NCBI GenBank assembly: GCA_965207455.1 | Contig: CBDBMJ010000001.1 | Span: 1,568,001-1,632,000 of the forward strand | Direction of reading: 5' to 3' | DNA length: 64,000 nt | Source of the DNA: Bdellovibrionota bacterium | Lineage (GTDB): Bacteria > Bdellovibrionota > UBA1018 > CAIPTA01 > JAALKR01 | Part shown: positions 10,143 through 18,851 of the stretch, one piece after another | How positions within the stretch are numbered: position 1 is the stretch's first letter | Layout of the letters: each line of letters starts with the position of its first letter | Program-made: the position numbers and the translations under genes | The notes under the pieces: generated by a model | What the model was told of the DNA's origin: nothing | The model's input: only the letters and a program-made list of their open reading frames with translations | The model's database searches: none

Positions 10143-10305
10143 ATGTACAGACTACAAACTAATAATCATAACCATACTGCTCGACCTTGGATTGAGTAGC
10201 GAGTCGACACTTGAGGGTTGCCTTGAAACCAAGGATTGCCTTGTGCGACTCAGAGAGTACCGTAGGCAACTTTTAAAGGTGGAGTGGAAGCCCCATTCAT
10301 CATAA
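10143..10305 (+). pseudogene. Frameshifted remnant of a small secreted-protein gene
   Basis: Strong RBS AAGGAGGT before ATG 10143 gives only 18 aa. The shifted frame reads KLIIITILLDLGLSSESTLEGCLETKDCLVRLREY...*, a signal-peptide-like segment with no start of its own. Confidence 0.35.
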
Positions 10306-10353
10306 GTGAGAAATTCGACCCAGAGTGGGCGAAATAGAAGTTCTTAAAGTGCC

Positions 10354-10647
10354 TTGCAATTGATAGCTATCGGCATAACCTTGCTTATTGCGTGTGTGGG
10401 AAACGAACATCTTTTCATTGAGGCAATGAACCTTTTACAAACTAAATATTATAATAATTATGGTCAGCGAGATTCTATGCCATCCGAAATAGAAGAAATA
10501 GTAGAACAAATTATCGAGGGTATAGCAAAATGCTATTTGTTTTTCACAGTTTTAAATTTAAAAGTATTGCCGACATCCTTGAAAAATAAAATTGAAAATA
10601 AAAGAAGAGCTATTATTGAGGAATTTGAAAAAAACAATGCCTTCTAG
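10354..10647 (+). CDS. Hypothetical protein or fragment
   Basis: 97-aa ORF with TTG start and no recognisable motif. Confidence 0.35.
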   Translation: MQLIAIGITLLIACVGNEHLFIEAMNLLQTKYYNNYGQRDSMPSEIEEIVEQIIEGIAKCYLFFTVLNLKVLPTSLKNKIENKRRAIIEEFEKNNAF

Positions 10648-10690
10648 CCTTTGAGAGGGCGTGCGCCAACTCTCTTAAGCAAGCTTGCAG

Positions 10691-11443
10691 TTACTTCCCC
10701 TGTGGGTTGAAAAGAGCTTCTGCCTCTTGGCTCTCTTTCGTCGAATAGAAATAATCTTCTATTCGTTTTAAGCGGGCTACTTTCTCGTTTGTTATATACC
10801 TCTTTCCACCCTCTTCATAGAAAGTAATATCGACCAAGCCATTTTTATTTATAGAAATTTTTGCCATCACTCCCTCACCCACTTTAGGCAAGCTTCCGGA
10901 AACATAGATGCTAGTGCCATTTCCCGTGCCAGCCTTTCCATGAAAAAAGAATTTCCAGAAAGCATAGTAGGGCTTGTAATACTCTCTAAGATCGTCATTA
11001 GAAAGTTTGTCCAAGCGGTTCTCCATTGAAGAATTTGGATCCTTATTAAATTCTTGTTCAAAAAAGTATCTATGATTGCTAAGATCTATTACTCTCATTT
11101 TGAAAAAAATTTCCTCTATTTTTTTCATACCCTCTTCACCAACTCTCTTTAAATCAAACACTCTCTTCACAAGCGTATGGCTGGCATCAATATTTTTTTT
11201 GAGAAATTCTGGATCCTCATCTATCAGTCCTCGAATTACATCCTTGTTGCCAGTGAGAAACTGACTCATTAAATGCTCGTCAAAAGCCTTCCTCCCATAC
11301 CTGAAAATTTCCTTTATTTTCCCATAGTGGTACTCGATGGCTTCTTCTTTTTCTGACAGAACCTCGGCACTTGCACTGCTGGATGCCCCACAAATAAGCA
11401 CCATTAGAACAGATATTATGAGTTTTAATTCTATTGAGCCCAT
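10691..11443 (-). CDS. Secreted hypothetical protein
   Basis: RBS AAGGAAGG, N-terminal signal peptide (…VLICGASSSASA-EV), charged helical body. Confidence 0.75.
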   Translation of the reverse strand: MGSIELKLIISVLMVLICGASSSASAEVLSEKEEAIEYHYGKIKEIFRYGRKAFDEHLMSQFLTGNKDVIRGLIDEDPEFLKKNIDASHTLVKRVFDLKRVGEEGMKKIEEIFFKMRVIDLSNHRYFFEQEFNKDPNSSMENRLDKLSNDDLREYYKPYYAFWKFFFHGKAGTGNGTSIYVSGSLPKVGEGVMAKISINKNGLVDITFYEEGGKRYITNEKVARLKRIEDYFYSTKESQEAEALFNPQGK

Positions 11444-11748
11444 TCTTATTGTTCCTTCCTTTATGATTTTATTTCATATATCCCAGCTTGAGGCATTGCT
11501 ATGCTTGTATCGCCTCGAGTCAACCCTGTCAAGTAGTTATAAGAGCATTGTAGGGGCGTAAGGGCAAAACCAGTTTTTCCATAAATAATTTAAGTAGACT
11601 AGCAATAACTGTAGGATCTTTGGACAGCCGTCTATTTTTTCGACCAAAGGACGCCCTTTCCTGCAAGCTCACTGTAATAACAAGACAGAATACTCATGTA
11701 AATAGCGAAAAATAAAGGACTTTTAACACTCTGCTTTTTAGCTTATTC

Positions 11749-11764
11749 TGGCACGCCACTTGCA
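11749..11764 (+). promoter_or_regulatory. Sigma54 (-24/-12) promoter
   Basis: TGGCACG-CCAC-TTGCA is an exact match to the TGGCACG-N4-TTGC(A/T) consensus, 50 nt upstream of ATG 11814. Confidence 0.8.
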
Positions 11765-11813
11765 TTAATAAACACATAGAGGGAAACGCAAACTGAAATT
11801 GGAGGGGAAAATC

Positions 11814-12569
11814 ATGAAAAAACAAAATACACTAACAGCCTTGGCACTGGCACTTATCCTAGCATCGCCAACAACTGGATATGCATTGAGTGCTAAAGAG
11901 GAAAGAATAGTAAGACTTAGGGTAGAAGAGCGAAAGGCTGGTATAGCTCTTGACAATATTCTAGAAGATACAGAGGAGCGAAAACATAATACGGATCGTT
12001 GGTCAAAAAAATTTGAGGATGCTGCTAAGGCTCTCGTGACAGCTAAAAAAATGCGGGAACTAAATCCTAAAAATGAATTAAGTCCTGAGGACAAAACGAT
12101 GATAAGCCTTGAGGTAAAATTTATAGTGGCTCGCGACGATCTTGCTAAAGCTCAGTGGCTGCATAATAATATTGGTGATCTAGAGGGATTTAAGATTGCT
12201 GCCAATGATTTTGCAACGCTCAAAAAACGGCTTGAAAAAAAGTTGCCTGAAGGTGAATTAAGTCCTGAGGACGAAAATATAATAAGACTTGACGTAGATT
12301 TTATAGTGGCTGAAAACGAACTTAATAAGACTCTATTCCACTCTAAATCCCTCTCCATTTTTTATTCTACTAAAGAAAATCAAGAAAAATTTGATGCTAA
12401 TATTCTGCTTGTTGAGAGACTCAGGAGAATAATTGAACTAGCTCAAGAAAGGGCAAGCGGCCAGGGAGAGCTCAATCTAGGAGTACTATCTGATGCTACT
12501 AGCAACAATGAACAACCTAGCTCTCCGACGCCAACGGTATCAACAACAAAAACCCGCACTTCTGAATAA
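11814..12569 (+). CDS. Secreted helical-repeat hypothetical protein
   Basis: GGAGG RBS, MKKQ...ASPTTGYA signal peptide, three ~60-aa repeats (LSAKEERIVRL / LSPEDKTMISL / LSPEDENIIRL), Ser/Thr/Pro-rich tail. Confidence 0.8.
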   Translation: MKKQNTLTALALALILASPTTGYALSAKEERIVRLRVEERKAGIALDNILEDTEERKHNTDRWSKKFEDAAKALVTAKKMRELNPKNELSPEDKTMISLEVKFIVARDDLAKAQWLHNNIGDLEGFKIAANDFATLKKRLEKKLPEGELSPEDENIIRLDVDFIVAENELNKTLFHSKSLSIFYSTKENQEKFDANILLVERLRRIIELAQERASGQGELNLGVLSDATSNNEQPSSPTPTVSTTKTRTSE

Positions 12570-12820
12570 ATTTTAATTTATTATAGCTTTTCTCTCCCTA
12601 AGGTATGACTCCTGCCTTAGGCACATTAATACCCCCACTTATTTTTTAAACATGGCGACAAAATATTCCCAACCACTTCGAACTGTCAGCAAGCCTTCAC
12701 CGATTAAGTCGAGTCAATGATGCGACGGGCTGTCTAAAATTAAAAATACTTCTTGACCTGCCCTGTTACTTCCTATAAAAGCAACACTAAGACTTAACGC
12801 AATAAAAAAGGAGAAAAAAA

Positions 12821-13555
12821 ATGAAAAATATTAAATCTTATACGCTAATCTTTTTATGTACACTACTAGCACTGATCACCTCAAAGCAGGCTGCTGCAAC
12901 AACAGGTGAATTTATTGAACTAAGCGCTGCAAAGAAAATTGCCCAATCATCCAATCACTCCTGTGCGCTTTTAGAGGACTCATCAATGGTTTGCTGGGGA
13001 AGTAACTCTTTTGGACAATTGGGCAATGGTACTCATCAAGACTCCTCCTCAGTACCAGTTAAGGTTGTTGGTCTAACGGGTGTATCTCAAATTGCCTTGG
13101 GGGGAGCGTTCTCCTGTGCACTTACAGAAGGTGTAAATGTAGCTGCAAAAATAAAATGCTGGGGTTCAAATCACTATGGGCAGTTGGGGGACGGCAATGG
13201 TGGTACTTTTGAAGACAAGGCTCTAACACCTGTTCAAGTTTATTCCAGAGATCAGCTACTACCTTTTATTAAAGAAATTGCAGCCGGGTATCAGCACGCC
13301 TGTGCAATTGTAGGCTTTCATCGTGAACTAGTTTGCTGGGGGCTCAATGATTATGGACAACTAGGCGCTGTTACTAAAGATCAATGTAACTATAGTGAAC
13401 AAGGAGAAGAAGTTTTATGTAGCTCAATACCAGTTAAAGTTCCTGGTATAAAGAATGTGCTGAAAATGATTTTGGAAGGAAACAGCACCTGTGTAGTACT
13501 TAAGGGCGACGAAGAAAATATGACATGCTGGGGAGAAAAGTACAAAAACCCCTAG
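12821..13555 (+). CDS. Secreted RCC1/BLIP-II repeat protein
   Basis: Signal peptide and repeats HSCAL...VCWGSNSFGQLG, FSCAL...KCWGSNHYGQLG, HACA...VCWGLNDYGQLG. Confidence 0.9.
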   Translation: MKNIKSYTLIFLCTLLALITSKQAAATTGEFIELSAAKKIAQSSNHSCALLEDSSMVCWGSNSFGQLGNGTHQDSSSVPVKVVGLTGVSQIALGGAFSCALTEGVNVAAKIKCWGSNHYGQLGDGNGGTFEDKALTPVQVYSRDQLLPFIKEIAAGYQHACAIVGFHRELVCWGLNDYGQLGAVTKDQCNYSEQGEEVLCSSIPVKVPGIKNVLKMILEGNSTCVVLKGDEENMTCWGEKYKNP

Positions 13556-13699
13556 CACCAATGGAAGGAATGCAAATTGCAGTACACAGTTATTTGTTAG
13601 TTTTGTAAGAAGCTGTGATCGGATTTATGCTCCAAGTCGATTTCTGTCCAACCACTCCATTCTTTACACATAAGTTTATTTTGGGTATGTTATGGATTC

Positions 13700-14623
13700 A
13701 TGTCTGTTGAACCCGCCTTAAAAATTGAAAATCTTGAGAAGTCTTTTGGCTCCGAAAAAGCGGTAAAGGGAATAAGTTTTTCCATAGAGCAGGGAGAAGT
13801 GTTTGGGCTTTTGGGTCCTAACGGTGCGGGCAAGAGTACCACCATTAATATGATTGCTGGAGTTTCCAATATTGGTAGTGGGAAGATTTCTATTTTTGGT
13901 GTCGACGTGGAAAAGCAATATATAGAGGCTCGAAAGGTGACAGGAGTGATGCACCAGGAAGTTGCTTTGGATATATTTTTTACGATAGAGCAGGGGCTGG
14001 GCATTCAATCTGGTTACTATGGTGTTCCCTTGGATATGAAATGGCGAGATATTTTATTGGATCGTCTTATGCTTTGGCCTCATATAAAAAAGAGACCCAA
14101 TAAGCTTTCTGGGGGGCTTAAGCGTCGTTATATGATAGCCAAATCCCTTATTCATAAGCCCAGACTATTGATTTTAGATGAGCCCACGGCTGGAGTGGAT
14201 GTGGAGTTACGTCGGAGTCTTTGGGATTTTATTCGAGAGATTAATCAGCAGGGGACAACTATTTTGCTTACCACCCATTATTTAGAGGAAGCAGAGGCGA
14301 TGTGTGGACGGATTGCAATTATGAATAATGGAGAAGTGCAAGCGTTAGAGAAAAAAGAAGTTTTATTAAATATGATTGAGGGAAAGAGGTTGGATGTGCG
14401 ACTTTCCCACCCTGCACCCACAGCCTCTGAGTTTTTGCAAAAGTTTAATCCATCTATTTCCGACAATGGATCCACTTATAAGTTTTATGTAAACGCCGAA
14501 CAATCTTCGGGAGCCATACTGGATGCTATCCGTGAGAGTGGCTTGTGTATCGCTGATGTGGAGACGCACTCAGGTTCCTTAGAAGATGTTTTTCTTAAAC
14601 TCACCAAAGATAAGAGAGTATAA
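13700..14623 (+). CDS. ABC transporter ATP-binding protein (YadG-like, ABC-2 exporter)
   Basis: GPNGAGKST, LSGGLKRR, LILDEPTAGVDVELR, LTTHYLEEAE. Confidence 0.93.
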   Translation: MSVEPALKIENLEKSFGSEKAVKGISFSIEQGEVFGLLGPNGAGKSTTINMIAGVSNIGSGKISIFGVDVEKQYIEARKVTGVMHQEVALDIFFTIEQGLGIQSGYYGVPLDMKWRDILLDRLMLWPHIKKRPNKLSGGLKRRYMIAKSLIHKPRLLILDEPTAGVDVELRRSLWDFIREINQQGTTILLTTHYLEEAEAMCGRIAIMNNGEVQALEKKEVLLNMIEGKRLDVRLSHPAPTASEFLQKFNPSISDNGSTYKFYVNAEQSSGAILDAIRESGLCIADVETHSGSLEDVFLKLTKDKRV

Positions 14624-14625
14624 TT

Positions 14626-15414
14626 ATGCATTATCAACCAGAAACTATTTTTCATCCCTATCTACCTTTTTTTTCTTTACTTACAAGGGAAGTGAAAAGA
14701 TTTCTTTCCGTAACCGTTCAATCTGTTATTACCCCGGTAGTTACAGCCTCACTCTATCTTTTTGTTTTCGGTGTAAGTTTGGGGGAAAAAATCTCTGTGA
14801 TGGAGGGGTTTACGTTTATTCAATTTGTAGTTCCCGGTCTTGTTCTTATGGCAGGGATTAATAATTCTTTTGCCAACTCTTCTTCTTCCTTATTTATGTG
14901 TCGTTATTTAGGGCATATTGTGGATTTACTTTGTGCTCCTATTAGTCCTCTGGGTTTCGTATTGGCGTTTGTGATTGCCGCTGTTCTGCGAGGTTTGCTT
15001 GTGGGCACCGTTGTTCTATGTGTGAGCCTACTTTTCACGTCGGTACCATTTGATAACCCTTGGGCTGCAGTTGGACTGTTTGCATTGAGTTGTACTATTT
15101 TCGCTCAATTTGGGCTTATCGCTGCCATTCTTTCCAATACATTCGACTCCCTCAGCATGTACACAAACTTTTTAATCCTGCCCCTTATTTATATGGGTGG
15201 TATGTTTTACCCCATTTCCATGTTGCCAGAAGTTTGGCAGAAAGTTTCCTTATTTAATCCTATTTACTATTTAATGGACGGCTTTCGCCATGCGATTCTT
15301 GGAGTGGGAGAGATGTCCCTTTGGATCAGTTTTTCCGTAGCTGGTGCTTTGGCTATTGTAACTTGTGTTCTTGCTTCGTGGATGATGTGGATAGGCTACC
15401 GTATTCGCAATTAA
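14626..15414 (+). CDS. ABC-2 transporter permease (YadH-like)
   Basis: REVKRF, FVVPGLVLMA, GGMFYPISMLP, NPIYYLMDGFR; six TM segments; 2 nt after the ATPase. Confidence 0.92.
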   Translation: MHYQPETIFHPYLPFFSLLTREVKRFLSVTVQSVITPVVTASLYLFVFGVSLGEKISVMEGFTFIQFVVPGLVLMAGINNSFANSSSSLFMCRYLGHIVDLLCAPISPLGFVLAFVIAAVLRGLLVGTVVLCVSLLFTSVPFDNPWAAVGLFALSCTIFAQFGLIAAILSNTFDSLSMYTNFLILPLIYMGGMFYPISMLPEVWQKVSLFNPIYYLMDGFRHAILGVGEMSLWISFSVAGALAIVTCVLASWMMWIGYRIRN

Positions 15415-15444
15415 AGCATAAAGTGGGAAAGCCTATTTATACTG

Positions 15445-15861
15445 TTACTTCTTACAGAGTTTATTGCCGAGGTTACAGCGATCTCCAGCTCCATGGAGCA
15501 TAAGTCCTAGAAACACAATCGCCATGGAAAGGGGATGGGACCACAAGCTGAACGCGTCGCCTCTTCCTAAATGATAGCTTATGGCTCCGAGCATGGTGCA
15601 GATTAATAGGAAACAAGCTGGTCGAAAGAAAATACCTAGGATCAAGCAAAAGGCGCCAAAAAATTCGGAAAACGCAGCAAGAAACCCAAAGAAAATGGGG
15701 AAGGGCAGTCCTGAGAGTTCTCCCAGTATTGGCCATCGTATGGGATTCATTATTTTGGGGTATCCATGGACGATAAAGACAAGGCCGATACCTAGTCGCA
15801 TAAATAAAAGTCCAAAACCGGAGAAGCGTTCTATACAACAAGAAACAAAGGGTATCTTCAT
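15445..15861 (-). CDS. DoxX-family membrane protein
   Basis: GLLFMRLGIGLVFIVHGYPKI, AAFSEFFGAFCLILGIFFRPA, HGAG. Confidence 0.88.
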   Translation of the reverse strand: MKIPFVSCCIERFSGFGLLFMRLGIGLVFIVHGYPKIMNPIRWPILGELSGLPFPIFFGFLAAFSEFFGAFCLILGIFFRPACFLLICTMLGAISYHLGRGDAFSLWSHPLSMAIVFLGLMLHGAGDRCNLGNKLCKK

Positions 15862-15873
15862 GTTTCGTCCTTT

Positions 15874-16560
15874 CTAGGTCATTAGTTCAATAATAGCATA
15901 CAGGACAATTGTTAATCCAAAGCCGGAGCAGATAACCCCTTTTACGCTAGTCATGCAGGCAGTTTTTCCTATGACGGCGTTTACTTGTAGAGCACCAATA
16001 ACAACGGCAAGAACCACAAACAGCCATGTAACGCTAAATTCATACCCCACGTCCATGGGTAGGTGGTTTGCACTGCCCATAAAAAAGAGCAAGGGAATGG
16101 AGAACAATGTATTGGTTCGGGAGGCAAGGGCTGCCTTTGCTCCGCAGTCGGCAGCATTGGGATGGTCTGCCCCGTTAGCAGCAGCAATGACAATGCGTTG
16201 GTTGGGCCAAATAATCATCCAGACATTGAGGAACATGAGGGTTCCCAGGGTTGTGCCCGTTAGTATGAGGATTCCCCAAGAGCTTTCAAATATTTCCAGT
16301 CCTCCTGCATTGGCACGAATAAGGAGGATGAGTGTTCCAGATAGAAAGGTAAACATGGCTCCCCAGCGGAACCACCATAGGGCACGTGGCAGGAGTTTCT
16401 GCACAGCGGCTTTTTTCGCACTAGGGTCTGTTTCTTGAAACCAAGAGCCTTGAACGAAGTTAAAATAATAAAGTATGCCGATCCAAGTGATCCCTGCCAT
16501 AAAGTGTATCCATCGTAGGATAAATAAAAGACCTTCTGTTGAAAATATAGCTATGTCCAT
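15874..16560 (-). CDS. PuuD/Urate_ox_N-family membrane protein (no cytochrome c domain)
   Basis: RWIHFMAGITWIGILYYFNFVQ, LWWFRWGA, GTLMFLNVWMIIWPNQ, SRTNT..SIP..FFM. Start at ATG 16560 after GGAGGAAGG. Confidence 0.75.
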   Translation of the reverse strand: MDIAIFSTEGLLFILRWIHFMAGITWIGILYYFNFVQGSWFQETDPSAKKAAVQKLLPRALWWFRWGAMFTFLSGTLILLIRANAGGLEIFESSWGILILTGTTLGTLMFLNVWMIIWPNQRIVIAAANGADHPNAADCGAKAALASRTNTLFSIPLLFFMGSANHLPMDVGYEFSVTWLFVVLAVVIGALQVNAVIGKTACMTSVKGVICSGFGLTIVLYAIIELMT

Positions 16561-16646
16561 GGTTTCCTTCCTCCTTGTATAAAAATGCCTTAACATAAGG
16601 ATAACAGCGGAAACAGGAATTGCAAGTGCTGGGAGCACCAAATTTT

Positions 16647-18773
16647 TTATTTATTTTTTTGAGGCAGGAAGGTGATTTTCTGATTGACCCAACCATTTTC
16701 GATGGCAATCAGGTCGATCAATATTTTTAAGGCTTCATTCACCTGAGGCTCCTTTTGCTCTTTGATCAACTGTTTGGTTGTCTTGTCTTTGTCTTTGGCA
16801 TTTTTCGCCAAATTGTTCTTGCTCTTCTTACGAAGCTCACTCAATTTAAAAACCCCTTTGTTCTTTTTTATCTCTGCCATGTCTTTTTTAATCTCTTTAA
16901 ACTTTGGATTATTGATGCTGCGTTTTTTGGAGTATTTCCTCAATAGGGCTACTGTTTTGTTATTTATGGGCTTCCATGGACGCTTCTTATCTATAATAGT
17001 ATTGGAGAGGAATGGGTCTATCCGTTGGGGTTTTAGGGAATTTTCATGGTATTGCTCGCCCATATTGTCAGTGGCATAGAGGCTGGGTAGGACTATGTCC
17101 GCAGTTACGCCCCGGTGTTGAGTGGAGTGTCCGCCAGGGATAAAGAACAGACCCGTGGTTACCTTTAGGGCTCCTCCGATTTGTTCCAATGGGATTACTT
17201 GCTGTATGGATCCTTTTCCATAGGTGTGGTCGTCACCCACAATTACGGCTCGCTTATAGTCCTTCAGAGCGCCGGCGACGATTTCAGAAGCGGAGGCGCT
17301 CACCCTACTGGTTAGGATTACCAGTGGTCCGGTGTATTGGGTTTGTGGGTTTTCATCTTTTAAAAGACTAATATTACGTTGGGAGTTTTTTGTGGCAACT
17401 ATGTTTCCCTCCTTGATAAAAAGGCCAGCAATTCGTACAGCCTCCAGCAATAATCCGCCACCATTTCTAGAGAAGTCTAGGAGAACACCGTCCGCACCTT
17501 CCTTATTGATTATTTCTATTTTCTTTAACATGTCCTTGTAGGAGGATCGTGGTTGGGCGCCCATTTGAGCATAGTAGAAGGACGGTAGGATAAGGTGAGC
17601 CAGTTTCAATTTCTTTTTCCCATAAGCGGTTTCTTTAAACTCTAGGCTTGTGGCAGCACTTTCTATGTTCACCTTTGCTCGTGTTAGGGTGATCACAAAG
17701 GAGCGAGTTTCCTTGCCTTGTCGTAGTATTCGTAGTCGAACAATGGATCCTTTTTTGCCCCGTATTTTTTTCACCACATTTTTCAAGCTCATATCCACAA
17801 TATCCTCTAGTGGACCTTTCTTTCCCTGACCCACGGCGAGGATTTTATCCTTCGCGTGGAGTTTATTGGATCGATAGGCAGCACCACCTGCGATTAACTC
17901 TTGGATAACGGTATAGCCATCCTCTGAGCTAAGGGAGGCTCCTATGCCTTCCAGAGAAAGACTCATGGATATTTTAAAATCCTCTAGTGCGTGCTTACTA
18001 AAATAGGTGGAGTGGGGATCTAGGGCGCCTGCATAGGAGTTTAGTAGCATGTCGTACAAATCATCATGGGAGTACTCTTGTGCTCGCTTGAGGGAAAGTT
18101 CATAGCGATGTATGAGTTTCTTCTTTGCTTTTTTAAGTTTCATGTCGTTGAGTAGGTAGCTGGAAATTTGATAATGTATTCTATCTGTTAAATATTTCTC
18201 ACTCTCTTTTAGAGTTCTAGGGCGGATTCTTTTTTTCGAATCGACAATAATAGTTACATCATCTGTAAATTTATATTTTTTCCCCAACTTTTTCCGCACA
18301 AATGCCAATTGCTCTTTTATTCGTTTTCTCTGTATGTCTATAATTATCTTTAATTTATTACAGTCCGGCTTCCGTAAATTGTCCATGAAATCGTTGATGG
18401 CCTTCTTGACTACAGCCACATCACTTGTGAGTAGTAGGCTTTTGGATTGGTCCATGTTTTTTATTACTTCTTTTTTTATTTTTTCAATAAACTGCTGACT
18501 TGCTTTTAATTTTGTATTGTGAACTTGGTTAAATAAAAAATTGGAGGCCTTGGGGAAAGCTTTGTCCGCAATATGGGTCTGGGAAAAAATTCGCATGAGT
18601 TCGGGAAGCACGTTGCAGGTGAGTCCGTTGGTGCCAACTAGACTGGATGAGCTATGGGCTGCTTTTTGGGGCCAGTAGAAGAACGCCAGCGCAATTATGG
18701 CTAGGCATACAGGGTTTAAAAGGAAAGCAACGTTACGATTGAATTTGAGCTTTTTCATTCTTATAGGATACAT
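16647..18773 (-). CDS. prc: Carboxy-terminal processing protease, S41A (Prc/Tsp) with PDZ domain
   Basis: LDPHSTY, LEGIGASL, PDZ region, DFSRNGGGLL, SASASEIVAGALKDY, TYGKGSIQ. Confidence 0.92.
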   Translation of the reverse strand: MYPIRMKKLKFNRNVAFLLNPVCLAIIALAFFYWPQKAAHSSSSLVGTNGLTCNVLPELMRIFSQTHIADKAFPKASNFLFNQVHNTKLKASQQFIEKIKKEVIKNMDQSKSLLLTSDVAVVKKAINDFMDNLRKPDCNKLKIIIDIQRKRIKEQLAFVRKKLGKKYKFTDDVTIIVDSKKRIRPRTLKESEKYLTDRIHYQISSYLLNDMKLKKAKKKLIHRYELSLKRAQEYSHDDLYDMLLNSYAGALDPHSTYFSKHALEDFKISMSLSLEGIGASLSSEDGYTVIQELIAGGAAYRSNKLHAKDKILAVGQGKKGPLEDIVDMSLKNVVKKIRGKKGSIVRLRILRQGKETRSFVITLTRAKVNIESAATSLEFKETAYGKKKLKLAHLILPSFYYAQMGAQPRSSYKDMLKKIEIINKEGADGVLLDFSRNGGGLLLEAVRIAGLFIKEGNIVATKNSQRNISLLKDENPQTQYTGPLVILTSRVSASASEIVAGALKDYKRAVIVGDDHTYGKGSIQQVIPLEQIGGALKVTTGLFFIPGGHSTQHRGVTADIVLPSLYATDNMGEQYHENSLKPQRIDPFLSNTIIDKKRPWKPINNKTVALLRKYSKKRSINNPKFKEIKKDMAEIKKNKGVFKLSELRKKSKNNLAKNAKDKDKTTKQLIKEQKEPQVNEALKILIDLIAIENGWVNQKITFLPQKNK

Positions 18774-18851
18774 GTATCCGAGAGAGATAACAATGGATGA
18801 ACAAGGGTTTACACGGGAATAAACAGAAAGTTTTCACCTTCCCATACACGC

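Noticed and set aside
9880..13700. Integrative element or prophage at tRNA-His
   Set aside because: No integrase and no duplicated tRNA 3' end (att site) found by eye.
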